DNA from: Lama guanicoe
Lineage: Eukaryota
Assembly (NCBI GenBank): GCA_013239625.1
Contig: MU057357.1
Location: 6,415,161-6,479,160, forward strand
DNA: 64,000 nucleotides
Direction of reading: 5' to 3'
Shown here: positions 1 to 12,300 of the stretch, one piece after another
How positions within the stretch are numbered: position 1 is the first letter of the stretch
How the letters are laid out: each line of letters opens with the position of its first letter
Made by a program: the position numbers and the translations under genes
Notes under the pieces: model-generated
Databases searched by the model: none
Told to the model about the DNA's origin: nothing
The model's input: the letters and a program-made list of their open reading frames with translations, nothing else

Positions 1-310
1 GGCTCACTTGGAGAGACCTGGGCACTGGGTGGGGTAGGCTCTACTTGCTGGGCAGCCTGCAGACCCCTGTGCTTTCGTGGGGGGGTTTGGGGTGGTGGAC
101 CCATAGCCTTGAGTGAGGACAAGGCTTGGTTGGGGGGTGATGGGGAAGATGAGGGGCCAAGAGGGACTGATTGGGGGCCTGGGGGAGCAGGAGCTGGGGA
201 GGGGCTCGGTGAAGGGGCCAGTGAGGTAGGAGAGTCAGGAGGCGGGGCCCTGGCTGGCCCTGAGGTAACAGGGGCATCTCGGTGAGCAGCAGATGGCAGA
301 GCTGAGGAAT
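1..310 (-). CDS. SPEG: SPEG exon 36 (Pro-rich; truncated by the window edge)
   Basis: ctcag|ATTCCTCAGCTCTGCCATCTGCT (DSSALPSA...), open to position 1. Confidence 0.85.
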
Positions 311-3300
311 CTGAGCGGAGATAGAGAAAATCATCACCATGGTGCTCTGGGGGCAAAACTAGGTGCTCTGAGGAGGGGGGTGTGCCCTGGGCTCAGTGTT
401 CTCTGCCCTCTTTGTCCACCACCCTACCCTGTCCCACTGACCTGGCATGCCCCTAACGAGGACCTTCTCGGAAGGGTTGCTGAAAGGCCCTTGCCCAGCA
501 CGGTTGGCACAGGCCACACGGAACCTCACAGTCATGCCGACTGGTAGGTGGGTCACATTGTAGTAACAGTCAGGGATGCCCGAGCTCACGGGGTGCCAGG
601 AAGACTCCCCTGTAGGCAGCATGGAGGAGGAGCTGAGGCCACAAGAAGAGTGGCCCAAGCTCCCAGTGCTGTGAGGTCTCCCCGGCTTCTCCACCCTCCA
701 CCTGCCTCTGCTCCCCCCACCAGCCTGCTGGCCCCTCACCATCCACCCGCCGCTCCAGCGTGTACGTGCATGGTGCCCTACTGTCTCCTGGCTTCCAGAG
801 CACCAGTGCCGTGTCTTGGTAGGTCTGGGGCACCTCGGGAGGAGCTAGCTTTCCTGGGACACCTGGCAAGAGATGCAAAGCCCTAGTGAAACCCTGGGCC
901 CCAGCTCAGGGCCCATCAAGCCCTGCCCCACTGTTCCCCATCACTGCCCGCCTTGGTCCCTGCCCCAGGCTCACGGGCCACAGAGATGGTACAGGAGCTG
1001 GTGATGCTGCCTAGGACATTGGTGGCTGAGCACTCATAGAGCCCAGCATGCCGCTTGCTGGCCCGGGGGATGCTCAGCAGCTGCCGGCCGTCTTTGCAGG
1101 ACACGATGATCACTGAGGGCTCTGACCGCAGGGACTGCTTGTCTAGGAGCAAAGGAGGAACAGGAGGGGCTGCTGAGTGAGGGAGAACACACGTCCTCCA
1201 GGCCCCCTTGGTTGCTACTTCCCACTGAACATCCCCGGGCCTTGGGGCCAAACTTGTCTACCCATCTCTCNNNNNNNNNNNNNNNNNNNNNNNNNNNNNN
1301 NNNNNNNNNNNNNNNNNNNNNNNNNNNNNNNNNNNNNNNNNNNNNNNNNNNNNNNNNNNNNNNNNNNNNNNNNNNNNNNNNNNNNNNNNNNNNNNNNNNN
1401 NNAAAGTCTGGAGGGAGAGCAAAGACAGCCATAGGTCTGCGGGATCCTGGCTCACTCCCCACTGAGGGAGGGGAGGATGTGTATGCGCGTGAGGGGAGAG
1501 CTGGTGCTGCCTGCAGGGGGCCGAGTGAAAGGCCATCTCTTCCCAGATGTGGGGATTTTGAGAATTTTCTTTGGGGTGAGCACTTTCGCCAGGCACTCAC
1601 TGTGTGCAGAACTATCTTTTTCTTTCACTGATTATTGAAGATGCTTGGTGGCTACCTTGTATGTTTATAAATCACTTCGAGCAGGGCTTGGAACTAAGTA
1701 AGTGCTCTATAAGCATTTGTTAAATAAAATAAAAACAAATATTGAAAAACTACAATGGTTAAGCTCCTGCAATCCCCATTCCTTCTGGGGCACCATGGGG
1801 CAAGTGACAGGAGTGGGTGACCTGAGCTGAGACGCTCGGGAATGAACATATGTTCAATCACAAGTGCAATCTCAAAAGATCTGAAGTCGAGGCAAACCTG
1901 GGGCAGACCCCCAACGTGTGTCAGCCTCTCCCACCCCTCTTCCCCACTGGGGGCCAGGGAGCTGGTCTCAGACCCTCTACATACTCCTTCACGTCAGCTA
2001 AGTAGTGAGAGTTTTTGAAGGGACAAGAGACAATATCTGCATGACCTTGGACCACGTCTGTAAACTGAGGAAAATAACACCAAGCTCACAGGGCTGTGGT
2101 GAGAATTCAAAGAGGCCCACAAAGCACTTAGCAGGTGCCTAACATATAATAAGCGCTCAAAGATGTTAGCTTGTATTGTGATGATTATCTCGTTAGTATG
2201 CCCAGTAGAGAAGCTGGGCACAAACCCCCAGAGAAAGAGGCGGTTTCAGCAAAGCTGGTTTCACAGCTGTCCGGTGAATGAGCCCACAGCAGGGCTGTGG
2301 ATGGCCAACGTCTTTGTTCCAGGTCTTTGCTGGCCTGTGGCTCCTAAATGCCATGAAGATTTGCATTCCTGTCCCCTGAGAGTGTCTCTAGAAAAATCCC
2401 AGTCTGGTCCAGGGATAGTGGTGGTGGTGGTGGTGATGGTAGATTTTTTTTTTCACATGGGCAGAAAGAGCTGAGAGGCAGATACCTCTGAAGAACCAGG
2501 AGGGAGTGGGGTGGGAATGAGCTGGGCAGGATGATCAGGACAGCAGTGTGTCCCCTTTCCCACTTTACCCCAGTGTTCCCCAGGGAGGGGTCCCACACTG
2601 AGGCTCCAGCAACATAAAGTGAATATAGTTTCGTCAATGGCTGCCTTCAGACCAAGTGAGGGTACTGGGTAGGGGGAGAGAGAGGGAGCCGAGGAGGAGA
2701 GGTGAAAGGTGACCCTGGCCCAGCTCTGCCAGTCCCACCCCCACCCTCAGGGGGCCCTAGCTGGTAAAATGGACCTGGGACAGCCTTCTTCCTGCAAGGA
2801 GGGGGCGATAGGATGAAGTAAAGGGACACTGCCTCGGCAAGAAATCAGCTGCACAAGCAAAATGGAGCTGGAGGGGAGGCCCCAGGTGGGAAGGGATCAG
2901 CTGTCCCCAGGCCTCAGGGCTGGCTTTGCTCTCTCTCTTCCCACTCCTTCTCTACCCCTGCCCCCACCAGCTGGCCTCCCTCCCTTCTCTTCTCTCACTA
3001 CACCCTCCACCACCAACTTCCTCAGGTGAGATGCCCCAGCTTCCCCTTCCCTGGTCAAGATGGGACACAGTCATCTCAAGCCCGGCTGAGGCATGTCTGG
3101 GGCAGTTCTGAGGAGTTTTATCAGGAAACTGGAGGAGAACATTGGTAACCAATAAAGATTCTGCATGCAGGCCAGTTTGGTGGGCCTGCTTCTTTCTGCA
3201 GGCTTATCTGGAAACCGTGGCCTCCTGAAGCCTTTGCTTGTCATCCTTGAGTAACACCCCCCTTTCAGGTGGGGGACTGGGGTGACCCAGGTAGAGAATA

Positions 3301-6300
3301 CCTCCCTCCCTGCAGCCCCAGCACATGTGGGCAGAGAAACAGACCAGGGTATATCCCAAGTGCTCCTCCCCCCAGCAAAGAGTCCTGAAGGCTGCTTATC
3401 TGTGCAAAGTGCCTTCTGTAGGGGCAGAGGGGACAGGAAGGGGCACTTGTGTGTTCAGGGCGACAGAGAAATGGAGGATTGGAAGCACAATCCAGATTGT
3501 GGGCCTCTAGGTGGGAGAGAAAGGGTATCTTTGGGAGCACGTTCATGCATACACACATCTGCAGGGGGCCTCGTCCTGACCTCCTTCAGAACTACACCCA
3601 GTGACAGAGACCTAGGGAGGAGACTAGCCAAAGAAAGGCATTAGCACAGTGTCCTGAAGCCACTGCTGGGATCTGGCTGCAGAGGGTCATACAGCCCAAC
3701 ACTCTGGCTGCTCCTCTAACTACCAGCTCTGTGACTTGGGCAAGCATGGCTAAGCCTCTGTCCCCTCACCTGTAAAACAGGGAGATGGTAAGAATCATTC
3801 CTAAACAATGTGGGAAGATTGAGTGAGGCAATGCTTGTGAAGTGCTTAATAGGACACTTGGCATTGCTAATTAATGGCAGCTGCTATTATTATTGTTATT
3901 GTTTCCCTGACTCCAAACCCCTTCCACTACTGCCAGGGCTCCCCAAGGTGGGCCATCTCCCCAACCAGCAATGACCATCCCCTGGGGCGGGAAGGGGCTT
4001 ACTCACCCAGCAGGCCTCTATTACCTGACTCACTGCGCACATACTGGTGACCCAAATCCTCCTGGATGCTGGCAGAGAGGTTTGGCTGGGACAAACCCTT
4101 GTCCTTCCGAAGCCTAGAGAGGCCCCAACGCAGTCGGCTTCGTCTTTCCCCGGGAGCTGGGAAGACCCAGGCCCATGAGCACCTGCCAGCCAGTACCAGA
4201 AAGCTCCCGCCTCCCGGCAGCTCCACACTCCCCCTACCCCGCGCCCAGAGAACTAGAGAACTTGTAGCCCCCACCCTGGTCTGCTCCACCAGCCTCTGCC
4301 CTTCAGCCTCCCGCTGCTCCAGCCCTGCCAGTTCCATCCTCAGGGCCTCCAGAAAGCCTTCCGCCTCTTCGCGGTCGGTGTCCCCGGCCCTCTCCTCGTC
4401 CTAGGGCGTCTCTCCAGCCTACCTATCATCCCAGTCCCACACGCCATCCCCACCCCAGTTGTTCGCATATTCAGACTCCACTCTGTCCCGGCCCCTTCTC
4501 ACCTGAGGAGCCCGATGTACCGCTGGCCTCGGAGCCCAGGGACTCCGCGGAAGGTGCGGTGGCGCCGGCCTGGGCGGCCAGCTGGTTGTGCGCGAGGCCA
4601 AGGCGCCTCAGACTCTCGCCCTCGGACGTGGCCCTGCGCAGCCGTCCGAATAGCGGCGTGCTGCGGCCCGACGCGCCCCCCGAGTCCTCGCTGCTGCCGC
4701 TGCGCTGCAACCGGCTCGACAGTCGCTCCAGCGTGGAGCTGAGCCTCCTGCGCACCGCCAGCACCGGGGAGCCGCGCGCCGAGCTGCCGCCCTCCGAGCT
4801 CTCCCCGTCGGCGCCGCGGGCCTCCCAGGCGGGGTGGCGCTGGGCGGGCGGGGTCCGCCGCAGACGCTGGGACAGCGACAGCGAGAGGCGGCGGACGAGG
4901 CCCGGCTCCCCGACCGCCCTGAGGTCCTGCACAGAGCGGGAGCGCTCGGGCCGTCGCACCAGCTCCAGCGGCGTTCCCGCGGGGCTCGGCCGGTACATGC
5001 CGTCCTCCTCCTCCGCCCCGCGGAAGGGGCCGCGCTCCTCGGAGCGCGACCGGCTCAGCAGCCGCAGCCCCCGAGACAGGGGCGACTCACGGCTGCGCTT
5101 GAACTTGGCCTCGAACACGGCTTCCGACTCCAGGTTCTCGATGCTGCTGCTGAGACTGCTCCCTGGCCTGCGGGGCACCGTGGGGACACGGGCTTTCTCG
5201 GCTGGCACTGCGGGAGCCCCAGCTGAAGGCACACGCTTCTTGGAGGCTCCCGGAGGTGGGGAGGCCACCCTGGCGAACACAGCCGGGTGGGGCTTAGGCT
5301 CCGATGGAGGTGCGACAGGGCCCTGCGGGGGCCCTTGCGCGTGGCCCGACAGCTGGAGCGACTGCATGATCTGGGCATAAGGTGTGAGGGGGGGCACTGG
5401 GGTTTGTAGAGCTATGGGGGGCTGTGTAGGTTTGGGGGCTGGGACTGGTGCTGACATGGATTCTGGGGCCTTCTCTCGGGCAGGCTGGGGTGCTGAGGGC
5501 TGGGCATCACTGGGTGTGGTGGCAGGAGGCTCTGAAGACTTGGGGGCACTGGGTTTGGGGGCGCTGGGCCGCACAGGGCTAGGTGGCTGGGCCTCACTGA
5601 GGGCAGACAAGGAGGGAGACTCCTGCAGCCTGCGGGCCCCAAGCCTGGCCACGGGGATCTCAAGGGGCGCCCCAGCTCGGCGATGCCGGCCCCGGGGCTC
5701 CGCCTCACCCTGCGAGAAGCTGCTGCTTTTCTGCAGGCCTCGTGTCTCAGGTGGATGCTGGTGGCGGGGTGCCGCCTCGCTAGAGGCTGCCCGCGCCAGC
5801 CGGGGATCCCGGGCACGGCCCCCAAGGCTCTCCAGCAGGGGGCCTCTGAGGCCGCTAACCTTACCATCCTCAGGGCCGCCCCGCAGCAACCGCTGGCGCA
5901 AGGCCTGCAGCCTCTGGGCATACTCGCCCTCGCTCAGGCCTCCTCGGGTCAGGCGGGTGGCCCCCGGGCTGGGGCTTCGGCGCTGCGGCAGCTCAACAGA
6001 CGCTGCCTTGTGCAGGCCCCGGCCCGGCTCCCTCGACCCGGCCCGGGGCAGGGCGCTCTCAGCTGAGCTGCCCCTCCGGAGCTCTCCCCGCCGGGGGCTG
6101 GGCCCAGACGGGGGCTCCTGGCCTGAGGAGGGGAGGGCCTGAGGGCTGGGGGTCTCCTGATCCTGAGACGGGGCCTTTCCTTGCTCCTGCCAGTCCATGG
6201 GGGTGGCAGCTCCAGCCTCTGGGGTCCCCAGGGCCTCATCCTCAGTGGGAATGTCAGTGAGGGACACCCGGGAACCCGAGAACTCAGGCTGCAGTGGCCG

Positions 6301-9300
6301 GGGCACTGAGGGCAGCTCCTCCAGCTCTTCCTCTTCAGAATCGGAGGAGGATGACAGCCCTCCACTGGGGGGTGGTCTTCTGGGCACAGCCACCCACACC
6401 CGCTCTGGGGGTGCCCGCAGCAGTTCAGGAATGGGGCGCAGCACCAGGTGGCACTTGTAGCTGATCTGGGAGCGCTGGAGACAGGGTACTAGAGTCAGAC
6501 CTGAGGGACCCCTGGAGCCGAACTGACCCACTCAGGCCCACCTCAGCCCCAGGGGAGATAGCCCGAGGCAGGCAGAGTCAGGGGACAGGAGGGACGTGGG
6601 AGTTGAGAGAGTAAAAAGTGCATGAAGATGGATGAGCAGGAGTGAGGGCACCTGATAGAAAAAGCAGTGTTAGAGAGAGAAGGCTGCAGGGGGAGAAGAT
6701 GAAGGCACAGAGGCAGGGCCCTGCCAAACTCACCTGCCACCTCCGCCGGGAGAGGAATAGCTTTAGGTGATCCGTGCTCACCTCTGCGCCCTTTGCCTGT
6801 GTCTGCAAACCAGGAAAGAGTGCCTGAGGGAAAGTCCTCTGTCCACCCTAACCCTCCAAGTTTGGCAATGGAGAGACAATGCCCACGAGAGGGGACAGTA
6901 GACCAAGCAGCATTGAGTCTGCGTTCCTGGGGCTCCCTTTCCCCTCGGATCTGTCATAGCAACTCCCACGATCAAGGTACCCATGTATGGACAAATGCCC
7001 TGAACCTAAGTGGAGAAATAGGAAACCAGTGGCTCCAGGGGTGGGCTCTAGAGCTTATACCAGAGCTCAAGGCCCTGTCCTGGTCTACTGGCTGCCCTGG
7101 GAGACCCCTGGCTTGAACCCTGCTCCCCAAGTCACCATTTGTCTCCATCTAGAGCCAGCATCCCAGACATATGGAGTCTGGTGGGCCAGCCTTTGGAGGT
7201 GCTGCTCAGCGCCCACCCAGGTTACTCTTTTCAGAACTTATTTCTGAGCTGAGAGATCAGGCTCCTCCTCCAGGGACAGATACCAGAATGACCTCAGCCT
7301 TCTGTTGATCCAGCACCATGCTCATTGGATGATTTATTCAGTTACTCTTTCTGGCTCATTTGCTGAACCCCTCCCTCTGCCTGGCACTGTGCCCTGTGGT
7401 GCTGGGGTTTGAAGATGAATAAGTGAGAGCTCTGCCCACACAGAGCTCAAAACCAAGAGGACAAGCCAGCCAGGCCACCCACCAACCACAGTATGTGGGA
7501 CCAGGGCAGGATGGAGGAAGGCCACAGGAGTGCGGAGGACTGGGGCTGGTCTCAAGAGACAGGGAGAACCCTGATGAGGATCCCTAGGATGGGGAGGTCC
7601 AGACCTGTGCCTTGGAGTCCATGATACCCCAAGCTGAGCCTCAGTTTCCTTATCAGCAAAATGGAAGTAATAATACCTTCCTTTACAGAGCCATTGTGAG
7701 ACTAACAGATCATATGTAAATAAAATGCATTATCATGGTTACTGTACACAGTAGGGACTCAATAATTGGAGCTGTTGATAAAGTTCTCTCTCCTTCCACC
7801 TCTTCTACCACCACATTGTGAGACAAGACTCACTTTAATCTTTTTTTTAATGGAGGTACTGGGGATTGAACCCAGACCTTGTGCATGTTAAGCAGGTGCT
7901 CTACCACTGAGCTATTACCCTCCGCAAGACTCACTTTAAACCACGGATGTTCTAGGGTCTCCTCTGCGGTAGGTCTCCTGTAAAGGAATGAGGATTAAGA
8001 AGGGATTTTTCATTCATTCATTCATTCATTCATTCATTCATTCAATAAATGTTTGGGAAAACAGGGCCTCTAAGGAGTTGGGCGGTTAACTCCCTATGGA
8101 CAGAGGCTTGGGCAGGATTTGAGGGGTGGCATGAGGGGACCCTGCAAGGGGGAGGTTCCTTGGGGCCTCGTACTCACAGGCGGTCCTGTACCAGCACTTT
8201 GATGAGGAAGCCTCGGGCCTCCCTGCTCAGGCTCAGGAATGTGGTCTCCTCGAAGGCCACGTTGTAGTTTCGGATGTTCATCAGCGTCGTCCGATCGTTT
8301 TCCCCAACAAATGGGGAGATTCCCGTCAGACTGTAGGGGTGGAGAGGGCTGGGTGAGAGGGGGCAGGGTCCTGGGGCTGGGGCAGAGACAAAGGTGGATG
8401 CCAGGGGAGCATAGGGCCAGGGACAGATGGAGGCACCAGAGCTGTGGGGCAGGCAGAGGCGGGGTGAACCTGGGCAGAATCTTGCAGATTCTTGCCTGCC
8501 CTGCCCCTATCCAAACCCAGGAATGGGCGGGGAGGCAGTAATGCCTTGAATCCTGGGCAACCAGGTCCTTCTCCTAAGCCCATACTCTAGAGGACCTGTT
8601 CCATCCCTCCTCCAGCCATGCCCTTTCCCTGAGGTGAGGAGTCTGTGCCAATGGGATATGCCCCAGGAGCCAGGGCCTCCCCCTCCTAGTCTGTGTTCTG
8701 GACTAGTTCCCTGCCTAAATGGCACTGAGCCTGCACTGGCCTCTCCCTGTCCTGCCTCCCAAGCACGCTGCCAGTGTGCCCGCTCTTATGGAGGGGCGTG
8801 GTGGTGGACAGAGCTTGGACACACAGTCTGGATGTCCACATTCATGCACATGAGGCCCCTTCCAGTGCAGGAAGGAGCCACAGTATGGAGGAGAAAGGGG
8901 TGGGCTGCAGGCCCCCAGCTGCTCTCTTGCCCCAGGTTCTGCAAATGTTAGCAGTGGACCTGCTTGGAGACTGTTAGAAGACAGGGGTCCTGAGTGCAGA
9001 GGGGTCCTTACCAGAGGAAGGCAACAACACCCACGGGCCTGGTAGAAAAGAAAGGAGAGTAGATGGGTAAGAGGACAGCCCACCTCCCACCGGAAGTGAG
9101 CAGTTCTCTTGCTACTGCTGATCTACTAAGGAAGCATCCTCCTTGTGAACACTGCCATGCACAAATGGGCACAGGGATGCCTCCTTTGGGGAGGATCCTG
9201 AACCCAGAGGTCCCAACATGCCTGGAGGACTCAAGGGTCATGGCAGGGCCAGCCTAGGGAGCCCAGAGGAGTCTAGGGACCAAAAGGCCATGTCTGCCTC

Positions 9301-12300
9301 ACTGGGGGAGGCAAGGTGGCTTCAGGCAGGGAGGCCTAGCACCTGGGGGTGGGGGGGAAGAGGAGCCAAGGACTATCAGGGCTGAGGCCTTGAGTGATCG
9401 GGTCAGCCCTGACAGATGAGGGGCAGGTAGTAACAAGGGCAGGAGGCCCCCGTGAGCAATGCCACCAGCCAACTGTCTGAGAAGGAATCAGAGTAAAGCT
9501 GTTCTCTGCCACCAAACGAGTCCTCAGCATGGCACTGAGGGAAGCTGCTCTGGCCCACCCCAGCAGTCCCAGATGTCCATAATACCAGATGTCAGTGACT
9601 CCGGATACAGGGGTCTGGTTGACAATCTCAGGTGCCACAAATTCAGGTGTGCCGTACTGGCAGTACTGCGGCTCTCCTGGAATCAGCTCCTGAGCATTCC
9701 CGAAGTCACAGATCCTCACCTGCTCTTCACCCTCAACACCATCCCATACCAGCAGGTTCTCAGGCTGTGGGGCACAAGGCAAGACGTGGGGACTGAGTGA
9801 AGAGGGGAGGACACCCCGCTGCCTGGCTCCCACAGGTTCTGCCTGCTCCCCACTTCCCACCTGCATCTCACCTTGACATCGAGGTGCAGCACATGGTTCT
9901 CGTGCAAGTAACATATTCCGTCTAGCACCTGCCGCATGTAGGCCCGGATCTGTGGAAACAGGAGGCCCAGAATCGGGGGGTATTATGTTTGATCACCAGC
10001 AGGATTATGGTAAAAAGTCAGGCCATGCCTGGGAAGTGGCCTTCAGGTGGCTGGTGGAGCGGGCTGAAACATAGGTTTGGGGTTGCTGAGATTCAGGGCT
10101 TCCACGTACAGCTGCACAGGTTGCGTGCAGCAGAATTATAAGAGGGAGTCATTTACATGATAATCAGTAGAATTGTGCAGTACACAACTTGTGCAGCCCT
10201 ACAAGGCAGGACAGCACTGAGACTGAACAGAGTCTAGGTGGAGCTCCTTCTGGAGAAATGTGTGAGGAATACTTACGTAAGGAAGATTGGGAAACAACAG
10301 AGTTAGAGGCCAGGGTAGGTCTGCTGAGATTTACCGAGTACAAGTCCCAGGGTGCGGGTCTGCTCTGATGGGGGAAGGGGACTCTGCCGCCTGCCTAACA
10401 GTACTCCTCTCCACCACAACCCCCGCCTATTTGTGGGCACAGACGGCATGCCCAGGAGGCACCCCTTGGGTCTCGGAGCTCAGGTGGGTGAATGGTGGTG
10501 CGCAATCAGGCCCCTGCCACCCACTGCCCTCACCTCAGACTCACACACGGTGGCTTTCCTGGCCATTCGCTCGAGCAGCTCCTCCGTGCAGCTATGTCCC
10601 AGATCAAGGAGAACAGTGACCAGTGCCAACAGCTGGGCCCGCCTTAGGCAGCACCCTCTACCCACAGAGCTCAGGTTGGGTCCTAGCTCAGCACAGGCTT
10701 CTCCTTCCCCTTAAAGCACATCTGATACCAGTTAGCAACTGCATCTTCCTTCTTCCCCCTGACATCTGGGACAGCCCTGCTTGGACTCTCACTTGCTGTG
10801 GGATCTCAGGCAAGTCATATAACCTCTCTGAATCTAGGTTCCCTGTGGTGTCAAATAGGGATAACACTCCTCTCGCCCACCCTGTGAAGTATCTAGAAGG
10901 ATCAAGGTGGAGCAGTGTTTTGTTGACTGTTTATAGAACTTCTTGCCCCTATTTGAGAATGACCCAGAAGGTCTATGACACATAATAATTTGTCATTTTG
11001 CTGAGGTTTGGGTCCTAACAGTGCAGACTGGGAGGCTGGTATATATAGGACATGGTCACCCTGCTAGGGGCAGTGACAAAGCCAACCACCCAGCCTCCTT
11101 ACCTCGATATTTTTGAAACTCCTAGAACACTGCCAGGCACACATTAAGTGCTATGTAAATTTAAGATAAAAAAATGTTGGTTTTCACACATATGCCTCCA
11201 GACTCCACTCTAAAGAATTTATAAGACATCTTCAGAACTCCCAATTGTCAATGGGACCACTTTGTAAAGTGTAAGTCATGTTGCTAATTGGCTGTTACAA
11301 TGATCAGTCATTCAGGCCGTGTGTCCCCCACCCGCCCAGCCTGCCCTAGGATACAGCTCAGTGACAATGACCAGTCCCCGGCGCCTCTCGAAGGCCTCGT
11401 GGAAGTAGAGGACGCAGTCATGCTGGAGTCGGGCCAGCAGCCGGGCCTCCCGCCACGCTGATGCCTTTGGCTTGGCCTGACTGGGGATGAACTTGGCTGC
11501 AAACTCCAGGCCAGAGCTACGCTCCACCACACGCCGCAGGTAGGAGAAAGCACCCCTGGGTGAGGACACAGGGAGAGGATGGGGATCAGACACTGCTGAG
11601 ACTTAGATGCAGCCTCTCTCAGCCCCCGGACACAGCACCTGCCCCAGCCCCACACCTGCCAATCTCCTGGTGGATGTCATAGAAGTCGCTGAGCCTCCTT
11701 CCTCGCTGCTCCTCGTCTTCCCCGACCCCCTCCACCTCCATAGCTGTCTGAGCTGAGAAAGAGATGCCTGGTGTTAGGTGGGGAGGGCAGGAAGGAACGA
11801 GAGCATAGACTGGCCCAGGCAGGGCAGACAGAAGACACAGAAGAGAAGCAAGAATGTTGGGGGCCCGAGGCAGCGGTGCTGGGGCTGGAGGATGTGGTGG
11901 TCAGGAGTGAAGGGCCAGGTTGGGAGCTCACATCAGATTCCTGGGTGAGCACTTTGCCTTGAACTCCAGCCCACCTGAGTGCACAGCCAACTCTGCTTTG
12001 CAGGAGACTTCACCAGCCAGGTTTCGGGCAGTGCAGGTGTAGACACCTCCGTCCTGGGCCCCCGCGCTGAGCACCACCAGGGAGCACTCATTCTCCTCGT
12101 ACACGAAGCTCACGTGGTTGCTCTCTGTCAGCAGCACCTCATCCTGCAGAGGTGGCTGTCACCTCCAGTCCAGGCCTGGCTTCACCTCCACCTGGGACTC
12201 AGCTGGAGCTCCATGCCAGAGACCCAGTCTCACCCCTACCGCAGGTCCCAGTTATCTCCACCCTAGGGGCCTTGCTCAGACCCAGAATAGGTTCCACCCT

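Noticed and set aside
4515-6460. Long plus-strand ORFs (273 aa, 252 aa and others)
   Set aside because: They are antisense shadows of the GC-rich SPEG exon 30, with no independent protein features.
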